Source: Patescibacteria group bacterium (GTDB taxonomy: Bacteria > Patescibacteriota > UBA1384 > XYA2-FULL-43-10). Taken from it: a stretch of DNA of 32,000 nt. The stretch spans positions 150,001 to 182,000 of the forward strand of contig JBAYVT010000001.1 in assembly GCA_041674405.1 (NCBI GenBank), written 5' to 3'. Shown here piece by piece: positions 18,801-26,533 of this stretch; within the stretch, counting starts at the first letter, position 1; each line of letters opens with the position of its first letter. The position numbers and the translations under genes were made by a program. A model generated the notes under the pieces. It made no database searches and was not told where the DNA came from. It saw nothing but the letters and a program-made list of their open reading frames with translations.

Positions 18801-19095
18801 GCTTATTCCAGACCAAACAGTTGATCCGCGACGCCAGTTAGAATATAAATTGGAAATAAATACTTATCTGGTAGAAGGCCGATTGGTTATTGAGTGTACC
18901 TATGACCAAGAATGCTTTCCGATATCTTTGATGAATCAATTGGTGGAGGAAATTGAAATAAACATCAAAAATCTGAGTGCCGAAATTGACAGTTCTAAAA
19001 GAGATAAAAAAATTGAGATGCCAACTTCCAGTTTTAGCAATGAGAGGTTGTCAGAAATTCAAAATAGGTTAGCCGGGACGATTAGCAATGGGTAA
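12862..19095 (+). CDS. Nonribosomal peptide synthetase, domain order A-T-C-A-T-E (2077 aa)
   Basis: A1: CLFTSGSTGRPKGALIKHSG, NAYGPTEASVG, GKIDRHAL. T1: DNFFELGGSSISAMR. C: HAHHIVMDARA. A2: VIFTSGSTGKPKGVMIEQLG, NAYGPAEASDD, GKADRKLL. T2: NFFDLGGDSISSIQI. E: VAHHLIIDAFSWSIFIDDLE, LERHGR, IGWFTVIHPF, INFLGEM. Confidence 0.97.
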   Translation: MYNVKLLHDFFVFQSQKNPNQIAVVDFKKSYTYKEIETSANRLAFELTSHSPALQQDKIGFFTDRSVDSIIIMLGILKSGHAFVPIDPNLPAKRIEYICDKATIKTIVSGNTEYYSSKKQTIIHLRSIITVKDFKYKEIKIPDDRIAYCLFTSGSTGRPKGALIKHSGIVQSIKNFKKAYHFDKNSKVLQFASLSYDASLSEIFPTFAAGGTIYIPPREVILDIDKLSSYIIESGITAAIFPPTVIGHLNKDSLSSLSTLVSAGEECPADLANRMYELVPHFINAYGPTEASVGVTTFELDRKIKNAVPIGKALPGYKIYILNKVGQRVSIGQIGELCIGGVGVFAGYIGDSAKTHEVLIPNPFGVGYLYKTGDLVKQDANGQIYYVGRNDFQIKLHSIRMSPEEIEREIKKLPKINECVVVDGCLESNKEHKLVCYFTASEDLNLTVTRDILRSKLQPHMIPQVFIHIPSMPLTPSGKIDRHALQIKPVRIKTETDTLNDSVISDSPIARIWKDILGTNSVSLEDNFFELGGSSISAMRIVSKINKNTDFHANINLIFEYPVFNDFVRALEKEASETEKEHDKTFADQKLTDPEKLFWAANYTSKKPEAYTLTEVFELNGQINTNRLQRSFEFLISQFPKLRTNFRFRFDKIEKVIKNEKSYPFCLRDYSNLDISRARKKARQTQEHIANIPMDLEKDWLFVAYYLKLSEVEGLLIFHAHHIVMDARAMEIISKKFWDYYEHHQDYKLVENINSMHSQPTDDEKTFWKEYLSRADDNLTSLPYDNPKNETTENNGKTIIHPLPLRLAREGSKTATALGITPFSLFRNIFSLLLHRLSNQVNLTVGTAVSLRDDNSENDIGVFLNTLPIRSTLRSGEPIEKYLVRQNKEFIHCFKHRNLSLPHILKLIQNDCKKDSQPLFNVMFDYIAEEGTSKVIGLQVKRQRAFPATALFDLTLTVKELNCGFELLWEYNTNLFNEKTLRKFMNWYENIFHNSINDLKQNASKIDFLTQKEKQLLEDFNSTDITIPNSCFIQEFEKNISKFSDKIAATSGDKTIDYKTLNQKANILARKLLEHKIGINDKIGVLMPRGIDLIISILAIWKVRAVYVPLEPDFPDDRIRQMSMQANLSCIISKNEYSRERVITEVPFLHFDSVQKKKEADMENLNIRGSMNDLVYVIFTSGSTGKPKGVMIEQLGMVNHCNEMIKFFHLKENTIMAQTASHCFDISIWQLVAPLLIGGKIIIYSKDHQLNLKALFESIIEDKITIAELVPSYLFALLEHINHHVNNNRLNDLCHMLTTGEAASNKLVESWYAIYPEIPLTNAYGPAEASDDTNLYTLTKQEAIPNTPIPVGKPIGNVKIYILDSFLNRCPIGIKGEIYISGIAVGKGYINDHEKTKAAFLTNPFSGNKERMYKTGDIGSWNSDGTINFYGRTDFQVKIRGYRIELEEIENQIEDIPYVSQAVIIVKNFGNSKQLYAFITGQGQIEENPIRSSLQAKLPAYMIPQRIIQLNEIPLNHNGKADRKLLSKIDIANHQEKLDKVLSEKQQILLETWKSIFKDNEITINDNFFDLGGDSISSIQIISRLLSQGYELDIENFFAHPTICQLASFVIKKQYIGSIPISEKPFFLTPIQKSFLEKSLGNPNWYNQCVVIEGKKWNTEKLKESLLHTLKAHPAFSLRFNNFEQQYIKSVDFSKYIFEYSADELNDEQILSNMNKMINIKEGPIIVATISDKGNSEFKLFIVAHHLIIDAFSWSIFIDDLEKNYHNALLENNHNQKSLGSNLHEWATYLEKRSFKKIVSSRLPYWEKILKDNKIPISSSIPQKNNGNHRIISLGANANFSKKIADFIANNSSLKLEHLVISILTRALCKWLASDEIAVMLERHGRSHVPNNFNISRTIGWFTVIHPFLVKLNMDGNIAQAHAIAKDLENLKDDGISYGLLKYRGSMNNPLKKIPEPDIAINFLGEMCRANSNGYFSNYKLIPDQTVDPRRQLEYKLEINTYLVEGRLVIECTYDQECFPISLMNQLVEEIEINIKNLSAEIDSSKRDKKIEMPTSSFSNERLSEIQNRLAGTISNG

Positions 19096-22042
19096 AATTA
19101 ATTCTATAAAAATTGAAGCTGCCTATCCGTTATCCCCTGTTCAAAAAGGTATATTATTCCAATCAATTGCGAGCCCACAAGCACAGTTGTATGTGGAACA
19201 AATGGCAGTTAAAATCACAGGCAAACTAAATATTAGAGCATTTAAAGAGTCGTGGCGGCTATTGGTACAAAACAACCCTATTTTTCGTACCTTATTTGAT
19301 TACAGAAACGGAAACGAACCACTCCAATTTGTAATTGATAATTTAAATGTGAACTTTATCTATAAGGATTTATCTAATTTAACTTCCAGAGAATTTGAAA
19401 GTTGTTGGCTGAATTATCAGACAAAGGACCGCTCGAGAGGCTTTGAACTCGAATTAAGAGCTCCCTACCGTTTGGCGATTTTTAAGATAAACGATTCAAA
19501 CTTCCGATTTTTATTCAGTTATCATCACATATTACTTGACGGTGGCTCAATTCCAATCATCATACATGACATTGCTTACTACTACTCAGAAATTGTTGCT
19601 GGCAGGACCCCCAAAACCATCATGAATAAAACCTATAAAGAATATGTAATTTGGTTGTCAGGGCAAAATCAAAAGACCGCAAAAAAATTTTGGGAAGAAT
19701 ATTGTCAGAACTTTAGAGTGAACTTTAACAAAAAGGGAACCGAACTGAAAACAACTCTAAGTTCATCCAAATCTCTAACATTCGACCATAATATTTGTGA
19801 CAGACTAAAAGTTATTAGTCGAACTAATAGCTTAACCCTGGCAAGTATATTAACTGGAATATGGGGTATTGTATATTGCTCATTTTGTAATCGTGATGAA
19901 ACAATTCTTGGCATTCCAACTTCCGTTCAGCCACTAGATAAATCAGGGGGCGATTTTATCGGTGTATGCATAAATACCATTCCGCTAAAAGTCAGGCTTA
20001 CTAATGTATCGTATTTAAAAGTGATTAGAAGAGTTCAGGAAGATTGGTATAAAACAAATCAATATAACCATTTGCCTTTAGGTGAAATTAAAAAATTATT
20101 TTCAGGTTACGATCTTAACGATCCTTTTGACTCTATCTTTGCTTTTTCATCACACAAACAGGATAACCATATTTTTAAAGGAGTGAACTGGGAATTACTA
20201 GACCACCTGGAATCAACACCATACCCTATCTCTACCGATCTTGTTTGGTCGGATAGTTCAATGCTATTAAAAATTACCTATCGGCCCGAGTTTTATAGCA
20301 GCGAAGAGATTGAAATTTTATTAGAAGACTTCAAGAAAAAACTAAATAATTTTTTGAATAATCCGGAAGAAAGTGTTGTGATTTACAAAATAAAGCGTCA
20401 AAATCTCTTACCCCAGTCAAAAAAGTATGACGATTCTGGGGTCAAACTCAAATATAATCCGATGATCTTGAATACATTAATCGGAGTTTGGAAAAATCTT
20501 TTTCCAGGTAATATCATCGATACTGATAGTAATTTTTTTGAACTCGGAGGAGATTCAATCACCTCGTTACGGTTAGTATCAAAACTTTTAACCCTTGGTA
20601 TTAAAATAACTCCTCAAGACATTTTTGAATATCAAACTCCTGGAAAAATAGCCAGTAAAATATTCTCTGACCGCCTTAAGCCAGGCAAAAAAGCTGATAT
20701 CAAAACAAAGAATAAAAAAACAATTCCGAAAGCAGTGATGGATTTTACTACGAGTCTATATGGTAGTCAGCTAGAAAAAGTACTTCCGGTTTCAAATGTG
20801 CAGAAAGGACTTCTCGAATCAGGCCAGAAAGAAGATCTATTTCATGACCAATCAACTTTTACTTACACGGGCAATCTGGATCACATGATTTTTGAATCGG
20901 CCTGGAACAATGTCATAAAACGGAATAGTTCACTCCGTGCATTCTTCTGTAAAGTTGAAAGAAATTGGTATCAATGCACTATTAAACATTCACACATTAG
21001 ACTTGACTACATCGATATCTCTCAGAAGTCGACAAAAAATAAGGATACTTTTATCAAAAAAGCGATTCATGACGATCGCCTTAAATCTTTTTCTGTTGAA
21101 AATGGGCCATTGATTCGCATCTCTCTTTTTAAATTAGATAAAAAAGAATTTAAATTTTTTCTCCGATTTCATGTGCTTATAATGGATGGGTGGTGCTTTG
21201 CTTTTGTTTTAAAAGAGATTATGGACGAGTATGACGCACTGATGCGGAAGACTGAGTTCCATCCCGTAAAAAGGCCTTCATATGAGAAATATATCGAATG
21301 GCTAAGCACCAAAGATATATCAGAGGCAAAAAAATACTGGACAAAATACCTAAGCGGGACTAAGTCAGCCTTATCAATTCCGCGAGAAGTGACCAAAGAT
21401 AATTCATTATCATATGATGTCAAAATGAACCTGATTGATCTGCCTGATCAGCTATTGATAAGGCTCGGCACCTTGGCAGCTAAACATAAGGTAACATTAA
21501 ATACTTTATTTCAGACAGCCTGGGCTATTAATTTATGCCGCTTTAGACAGACAAAAGAGGTTGTGATAGGAATAACTGTCTCTCAGCGCCCAGCTGGTTT
21601 GAAAGGCTCGGAGGAAATTATTGGACTATTTTTTAATGATATTCCCTTAAGGTTTCAATTCAAAAATAACTATAATTTTTGGAAAGCAGCAAAAGCAATA
21701 CAAAAAGATTTTCAAAACAGTAATGATTATCAATATCTGTCAGCCTACGAGGTTAAAAGAGAATTGGGGCTGAAACAAACTGAAGACTTATTCCAGACAC
21801 TACTTGTATATGAAAATTACCCCAAACAGCAAGAAGATGCCCTAAAATCAAAACAGCAAAATTATTTTGTAAATACAGGTTATTGGCGAAGAGAGATGTC
21901 TGATATCGATCTAACAGTATATATTGAAACACGCACAAGCAACGGACACATAAAAGGGTGTTATCTCGACAAGCTAATATCTGACGATACAGCTTCGTCT
22001 GTCCTTAATGGTTTTTTAGCTGAGTTAAATAAAATTAAATAA
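19088..22042 (+). CDS. Nonribosomal peptide synthetase, domain order C-T-C, no adenylation or thioesterase domain (984 aa)
   Basis: C: YPLSPVQKGILFQSIASPQAQLYVEQ, YHHILLDGG. T: SNFFELGGDSITSLRLVS. Terminal C: LPVSNVQKGLLESG, RFHVLIMDGWC, ITVSQRPAGLKGSEEIIGLFFNDIPLR. No A-domain core motifs were found between or after these. Confidence 0.95.
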   Translation: MGKINSIKIEAAYPLSPVQKGILFQSIASPQAQLYVEQMAVKITGKLNIRAFKESWRLLVQNNPIFRTLFDYRNGNEPLQFVIDNLNVNFIYKDLSNLTSREFESCWLNYQTKDRSRGFELELRAPYRLAIFKINDSNFRFLFSYHHILLDGGSIPIIIHDIAYYYSEIVAGRTPKTIMNKTYKEYVIWLSGQNQKTAKKFWEEYCQNFRVNFNKKGTELKTTLSSSKSLTFDHNICDRLKVISRTNSLTLASILTGIWGIVYCSFCNRDETILGIPTSVQPLDKSGGDFIGVCINTIPLKVRLTNVSYLKVIRRVQEDWYKTNQYNHLPLGEIKKLFSGYDLNDPFDSIFAFSSHKQDNHIFKGVNWELLDHLESTPYPISTDLVWSDSSMLLKITYRPEFYSSEEIEILLEDFKKKLNNFLNNPEESVVIYKIKRQNLLPQSKKYDDSGVKLKYNPMILNTLIGVWKNLFPGNIIDTDSNFFELGGDSITSLRLVSKLLTLGIKITPQDIFEYQTPGKIASKIFSDRLKPGKKADIKTKNKKTIPKAVMDFTTSLYGSQLEKVLPVSNVQKGLLESGQKEDLFHDQSTFTYTGNLDHMIFESAWNNVIKRNSSLRAFFCKVERNWYQCTIKHSHIRLDYIDISQKSTKNKDTFIKKAIHDDRLKSFSVENGPLIRISLFKLDKKEFKFFLRFHVLIMDGWCFAFVLKEIMDEYDALMRKTEFHPVKRPSYEKYIEWLSTKDISEAKKYWTKYLSGTKSALSIPREVTKDNSLSYDVKMNLIDLPDQLLIRLGTLAAKHKVTLNTLFQTAWAINLCRFRQTKEVVIGITVSQRPAGLKGSEEIIGLFFNDIPLRFQFKNNYNFWKAAKAIQKDFQNSNDYQYLSAYEVKRELGLKQTEDLFQTLLVYENYPKQQEDALKSKQQNYFVNTGYWRREMSDIDLTVYIETRTSNGHIKGCYLDKLISDDTASSVLNGFLAELNKIK

Positions 22043-22043
22043 C

Positions 22044-22709
22044 ATGATTAATATCGAAGTTTTAATAATAAGCTGGTCAGAGTCATACGCCCAACAAATT
22101 GACTCTGTTCAACTTCATTGTACAGATGAAGAAAAAGAGAGAGGAAAAAAATTTAAAAAAGAAACTGACAGGGCAGCTTACTTGCTTTGGTGCTCGTATA
22201 TTAGAGAAGCCTGCTCTAAAATGATTGGGATATCACCTGCTTTGATTTCAATTTCTAGGGATAATTATGGCCGACCATTTTTAACCGACTACTCGAATAA
22301 AATTGATTTTAATATATCACATAGCGGATCAAAACTCGCAATTGGTATAAGTACCGACGGTAAAATAGGTGTTGACTTGGAAAAAATTATTCCGATAGAC
22401 ATTAGGGAAATTCAGAAATTTTTCACCCGCGAGGAAATGTCATATATTGATCATTCCAGAACCAATAAAACTCAGCGACTTTTTCAAGTCTGGACATCAA
22501 TAGAGGCCTATTCAAAATTACTGGGTATCGGCCTTGATAAACAGATTAAAAAACGTATTTTTACACTATTAAATAAAGATCAGGCATTAATACAACATGC
22601 CGGATCGCCTATCTTCGTTAACTCTTTCAAGTGCAATAAATATATACTCTCAGTTGCTAGCAAAAATAGAAATTTTAAGGTAAATCTAAACAAAATTGAC
22701 TTGGGCTGA
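22044..22709 (+). CDS. 4'-phosphopantetheinyl transferase, Sfp-type
   Basis: YGRPFLTDYSNKIDFNISHSGSKLAIGIS, KIGVDLEKI, FTREEMSYI, VWTSIEAYSKLLG. Directly downstream of the NRPS genes. Confidence 0.92.
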   Translation: MINIEVLIISWSESYAQQIDSVQLHCTDEEKERGKKFKKETDRAAYLLWCSYIREACSKMIGISPALISISRDNYGRPFLTDYSNKIDFNISHSGSKLAIGISTDGKIGVDLEKIIPIDIREIQKFFTREEMSYIDHSRTNKTQRLFQVWTSIEAYSKLLGIGLDKQIKKRIFTLLNKDQALIQHAGSPIFVNSFKCNKYILSVASKNRNFKVNLNKIDLG

Positions 22710-22713
22710 TTGT

Positions 22714-23952
22714 TCAGAAAAGGTTGGCTAAAACAGAGCCCAGCAAATCAAAAGCCTGTTTAAGCTCCTGCTCAGTTATTAATAATGACGGAGCGATTTT
22801 TAGATAATCACCGTTAATCCCAGAAGTTTGGATAATCAAACACTTCTCAAAAGCTCTCTTTTTAACTAAGGCGGCAATTTTTGAACTAGGTGTCTGTATG
22901 CCGCACGCCAGGCCAACAACACTGGTCTTAAGAACAATTGTTGGATATTCCTGATGTAATTGGCTCATCAAAGTTCGAAATAGTATGGATTTCGCCTGGA
23001 CCTTCTCAAAAATTTTTTGATCACTGATCATTCGCACAACTTCACGGGCAATACTGATACCAAAAGCATTATTAGAAAAAGTTGAATCTAATCCAGATTT
23101 ATCAGGGCCGATATTGTCAAAATATTCTTTTCGGGCAATTATGGCACTCAAGGGATAGTATCCACCAGCAAGTGATTTACCAAGTAAGACAATATCTGGT
23201 TGAAAATTATAACGCTCAAAAGAATAAAATGAACCGGTACGACCTATCCCGGCTTGAATCTCGTCTGCGATAATAATGATTTGGTGGTGGTTCGCTATTT
23301 CCTGTAATTTTTCGAAAAAATAACGCTCTGTTTCTCTAAAACCCGCTGCACCTTGCACTGGTTCGAGAATTATTGCACCAATTTTCTCCCTATATTTAAA
23401 AATAAGGTCTTCTAGTTGAGTTAGGGCTACATCAATTGAGGGTCCAATATTAATATCAGGGAAAGGCAAATGAAATATTTGCATATTTTGTATTGTATCG
23501 TAACTCTCATTAAAATATCCACGATCAGTTATACCGATTAATCCATTAATATACCCGTGAAATGCACCGTCAAAACTAATAACACCGTGTCTTTTAGTAA
23601 ATATACGTGCCAACTTAATACTCACATCAACAGCTTTGGCACCTCCAACCGTATAGTATACTTGATAATCTTTGCCGGGAAACGGAAGATGATCTATTAA
23701 TTCACCACTAAGATCATCTCGTTCACTTGTATTAAAAGCTGGGAAGTTATCCAGACGCTCGGCAGCCTTTTTAACCGCTTTAACTATAGTCGGGTTACAG
23801 TGGCCAAAATTAGTAGAACTATATGCCATCACAAGGTCAAGATAGGGCTTATCTTGACCGTCAAACCATATGTAACTTCCTTGTGCTTTTTTTACTAATA
23901 AGTTTGGGTTATAAATCCCAATTTCATCGGTTATTGGCAGCAGATTGTTCAT
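22714..23952 (-). CDS. Class III PLP-dependent aminotransferase (acetylornithine/ornithine/diaminobutyrate type)
   Basis: GGAKAVDVSIKLAR, ISFDGAFHGYINGLIG, GAIILEPVQGAAG, IIIADEIQAGIGRTGSF, PDIVLLGKSLAGGYYPLSA (PLP Lys). Likely start MNNLLPITDE at 23952 rather than 24120. Confidence 0.9.
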   Translation of the reverse strand: MNNLLPITDEIGIYNPNLLVKKAQGSYIWFDGQDKPYLDLVMAYSSTNFGHCNPTIVKAVKKAAERLDNFPAFNTSERDDLSGELIDHLPFPGKDYQVYYTVGGAKAVDVSIKLARIFTKRHGVISFDGAFHGYINGLIGITDRGYFNESYDTIQNMQIFHLPFPDINIGPSIDVALTQLEDLIFKYREKIGAIILEPVQGAAGFRETERYFFEKLQEIANHHQIIIIADEIQAGIGRTGSFYSFERYNFQPDIVLLGKSLAGGYYPLSAIIARKEYFDNIGPDKSGLDSTFSNNAFGISIAREVVRMISDQKIFEKVQAKSILFRTLMSQLHQEYPTIVLKTSVVGLACGIQTPSSKIAALVKKRAFEKCLIIQTSGINGDYLKIAPSLLITEQELKQAFDLLGSVLANLF

Positions 23953-24505
23953 TTTTATTTTTCCAATCTTTTTTAGATAAAACCGCTTCCCAACCGTCAT
24001 ATAATTTTCCATCAATAAAAGCGGCCGCAGGTTTAATGCCATATTCCTTAAAACCAAGTTTTTCAAACACTCGGCGGCTAGCAATATTAGGTTCAAAAAT
24101 AATGGCAAATAAATATTCAAGATTAAGTTCAGAAAAGGCGTATTTAATCACACATTGTTCTACAATGGCTGCAATTCCATCGCCCCAATAATTTTTGTTC
24201 CCGATCATGATCCCAGTAAATGCGGTGGCTTCAGGAAATTGAATATCATGGAGCCAAACAGCACCCACGCAAACATCCTCTACGGTTATCTGCCACATGC
24301 ACCATTGATTTGAAGACTGAAATTCTTTTAATCGTATATTTTCTTTGTTTTCATCTGTTTTTTCTGCATGAGGATCTAGCAATCGCATAACCTCAGCATC
24401 ATTTAGCCAAGACACCAATAGAGCTGTGTTTTTTGTTTCAGGTTGAACTATAAAAATTTCCCGATTCTTTTTGTCTTTTCCGCAAAAGATTTTTTGTCCA
24501 AACAT
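23924..24505 (-). CDS. GNAT family N-acetyltransferase (RimJ/RimL-like)
   Basis: TGIMIGNKNYWGDGIAAIVEQCVIKYAFSELNLEYLFAIIFEPNIASRRVFEKLGFKEYG. Overlaps the aminotransferase start by 29 nt. Confidence 0.85.
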   Translation of the reverse strand: MFGQKIFCGKDKKNREIFIVQPETKNTALLVSWLNDAEVMRLLDPHAEKTDENKENIRLKEFQSSNQWCMWQITVEDVCVGAVWLHDIQFPEATAFTGIMIGNKNYWGDGIAAIVEQCVIKYAFSELNLEYLFAIIFEPNIASRRVFEKLGFKEYGIKPAAAFIDGKLYDGWEAVLSKKDWKNKNEQSAANNR

Positions 24506-24658
24506 GTTAAACCTGATTAATTATTTTAGATTCATATTATCATTCAATAATTATTACTTCAATCATGACCATAAATTATTATCGATTTGAGCCTTTAAAA
24601 AATATGCGTCACCAGACAAAGAGATCTAAAATTTGTCAGATAGTTGTACTACCAAAAA

Positions 24659-24680
24659 CAGGCAAGACCAGGCCTGCCTG
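24659..24680 (-). terminator. Possible hairpin terminator
   Basis: - strand CAGGCA...TGCCTG followed by TTTTT. Confidence 0.4.
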
Positions 24681-24733
24681 CATGGTTTATAAGACGTGTT
24701 GTGCGAGTGAAAATAAAAAATTATATTCAGATA

Positions 24734-24779
24734 CCAAAAAATCACTCTTCAAATTCTTCAGAGTGATTTTTTGGGTGAG
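24734..24779. terminator. Hairpin cassette copy 1 (bidirectional terminator-like)
   Basis: AAAAAATCACTCT (24736-24748) / AGAGTGATTTTTT (24760-24772), 11-nt loop, flanked by ACC... and ...GGGTGAG. Confidence 0.75.
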
Positions 24780-24789
24780 TTTGCAATCC

Positions 24790-25278
24790 TTAAAGTTTCT
24801 TGTTCATCTTGATACTGTAGGGCACATATCCATTTTTGCTGTAGAAATTTATTGCGTTTTTATTGAAGTCGTAAACCAGAACCGTTAAGTCAGAGATTTT
24901 TTTTATTTTTGCCCATTTTTCTACCTCTTGTAATAGTTGTGAGCCGACACCCCGTCTAGCATGGTTTGGCAGGACCGATACTTCATCTACGGAAATTCTG
25001 TTGTAGCCCCGCGCTACCTCGTTGTCATCCTCTCGTTCAATTGTTGCGTAAAGAAAACCAACAATCTTGTTGTCAACTTCAGCTACCACGACAAGTGCAT
25101 TTTGTTCATCCTCGATCATATTTAGAAAGGTACCCTTAGGAAGTACTCTTTTGGGGGTTTTTCTATAAGAATCTGGAATATTTCTGAAGTAGAGGTTGTA
25201 AGTTTCAAAATACAGAGAATTTACGGCCCCATAGTCCGCTTCGATCGCTTTTCTGATTTTTGTTCTGTTGTTCGTCAT
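24790..25278 (-). CDS. GNAT family N-acetyltransferase
   Basis: ISVDEVSVLPNHARRGVGSQLLQEVEKWAKIKKISDLTVLVYDFNKNAINFYSKNGYVPYS. Confidence 0.92.
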   Translation of the reverse strand: MTNNRTKIRKAIEADYGAVNSLYFETYNLYFRNIPDSYRKTPKRVLPKGTFLNMIEDEQNALVVVAEVDNKIVGFLYATIEREDDNEVARGYNRISVDEVSVLPNHARRGVGSQLLQEVEKWAKIKKISDLTVLVYDFNKNAINFYSKNGYVPYSIKMNKKL

Positions 25279-25320
25279 GTTTTTAATATTACACCATTTT
25301 CAACTTTTTAGGTGAAATAG

Positions 25321-25355
25321 CTGGGATGCTTGCTCTTCTTGAGCAAGCATCCCAG
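25321..25355. terminator. 15-bp perfect-stem hairpin
   Basis: CTGGGATGCTTGCTC-TTCTT-GAGCAAGCATCCCAG, immediately 3' of the small - strand ORF 25378-25518. U-tract is weak. Confidence 0.6.
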
Positions 25356-25377
25356 AGTTCGGACTGTGACACCGCGT

Positions 25378-25518
25378 TCAGCGATACTTCGGCGCCTTAT
25401 AGCTATTGCCCTGGCCATGGCCCTTCGGCGCGCGCGGACCCTTGGGTGCCTTGGTCTGGTGCTGGTCGCGGTTACCCTTGAAACTGCCAGTTGACTGCTT
25501 CTTCGGCTTGTGTGCCAA
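25378..25518 (-). CDS. Small, very basic Lys/Gly/Pro-rich protein (46 aa), unknown function
   Basis: TTG start at 25518 preceded by AAAGGGGG with an 8-nt spacer. Translation (M)AHKPKKQSTGSFKGNRDQHQTKAPKGPRAPKGHGQGNSYKAPKYR*. GC-rich island, followed by a strong hairpin. Absent from the supplied track. Confidence 0.6.
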   Translation of the reverse strand: MAHKPKKQSTGSFKGNRDQHQTKAPKGPRAPKGHGQGNSYKAPKYR

Positions 25519-25532
25519 TTACTACACCCCCT

Positions 25533-25829
25533 TTAAGGAATCAAAATTTTATTCACGAACTCGTCAATGTCTCTCGGATTGGATTTTAGAGAATCATAAC
25601 CAACCTTAAATGTTTTGTTCTGTTCTATCGTTTCCATATATATAACCGAGGATGGCTTTCTATTGTCGCCCGACCTCATAAAGCTATCGATGCAGTCAGA
25701 CAAATTATCAAAATCTCCAAAATCGTCTACCCCATCAAGCAAATAGTATAGTTCTTTGACAATACTTTTTGGCGATTGATGGCTTTTTGCCCGCCTATCA
25801 ATTTTTTCAGTTGGAATTCTTTCTGTCAC
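25533..25829 (-). CDS. Hypothetical protein (98 aa, GTG start)
   Basis: Open frame MTERIPTEKIDRRAKSH..., tightly upstream of the small basic ORF in the same direction. Confidence 0.5.
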   Translation of the reverse strand: MTERIPTEKIDRRAKSHQSPKSIVKELYYLLDGVDDFGDFDNLSDCIDSFMRSGDNRKPSSVIYMETIEQNKTFKVGYDSLKSNPRDIDEFVNKILIP

Positions 25830-25933
25830 GGCTTCTCCTTAGTGCATATTTGCGTCAGATCTTTTCGAGCAATTTTTGGAAATTGTCTTCGAGTAATGTT
25901 TTATCGCTTTCTGGTTGATATAATCATTTATAT

Positions 25934-26527
25934 ATGGACGCAGGTTTAATTAACAAATATGTCAATTTTAAAAATCCGGCAAAGATTCTGGACATTGGTT
26001 TTGGCTCCGGCAAAGATTCTGTTTATTTTGCACAAAACGGTTTTGACGTTGATGCTATTGATTTTGATGATGAAAAGATTTCTGTATTTAAGAAACGAAT
26101 TGGACATTTGAAAAATATAAATATCATCTATGAAAACTTATTGGATTTTGAGTTTCCTCAAAACCATTATGACGTAATCCTTGCAAACCATGTTTTGGAT
26201 TTTATTAGATATGCTGATTTTCAAAGGATTATTAGAAAAATTCATAATGCATTAAAGCTGGATGGCATTTTCTTTTTAGCAATTTTTAATATCTCTGATC
26301 CGTTTTTCAACAAATTGTCAGAAAAAAACTTACGAAGACCCGAAAATAATTCTTTTCTGATCAACGATCATGATGTCAGACACTTTTATACAAAATCGGA
26401 TATTGAATTTATGAAAAAATTTTTTGAGATCGAATTTTTCGAAGAAGAAAGCGTCGATGATAATCATGGCCCGACTGGCAAACACCACCACAATTTTTTT
26501 CGAATTGTAGCAAAGAAAGTTGTCTAG
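25934..26527 (+). CDS. SAM-dependent methyltransferase
   Basis: AKILDIGFGSGKDSVYFAQNGFDVDAIDFDDEKISVFKKR, YDVILANHVLDFI. Confidence 0.88.
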   Translation: MDAGLINKYVNFKNPAKILDIGFGSGKDSVYFAQNGFDVDAIDFDDEKISVFKKRIGHLKNINIIYENLLDFEFPQNHYDVILANHVLDFIRYADFQRIIRKIHNALKLDGIFFLAIFNISDPFFNKLSEKNLRRPENNSFLINDHDVRHFYTKSDIEFMKKFFEIEFFEEESVDDNHGPTGKHHHNFFRIVAKKVV

Positions 26528-26533
26528 TTTCCA

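Noticed and set aside
24565-24888. + strand 107-aa ORF
   Set aside because: It spans two hairpin/terminator-like structures and the 3' end of the - strand GNAT gene, so it is likely spurious.
25406-25609. + strand 67-aa ORF MPWPWPFGARGPLGALVWCWSRL...
   Set aside because: Antisense to the small basic ORF, which has the better SD, composition and downstream hairpin.
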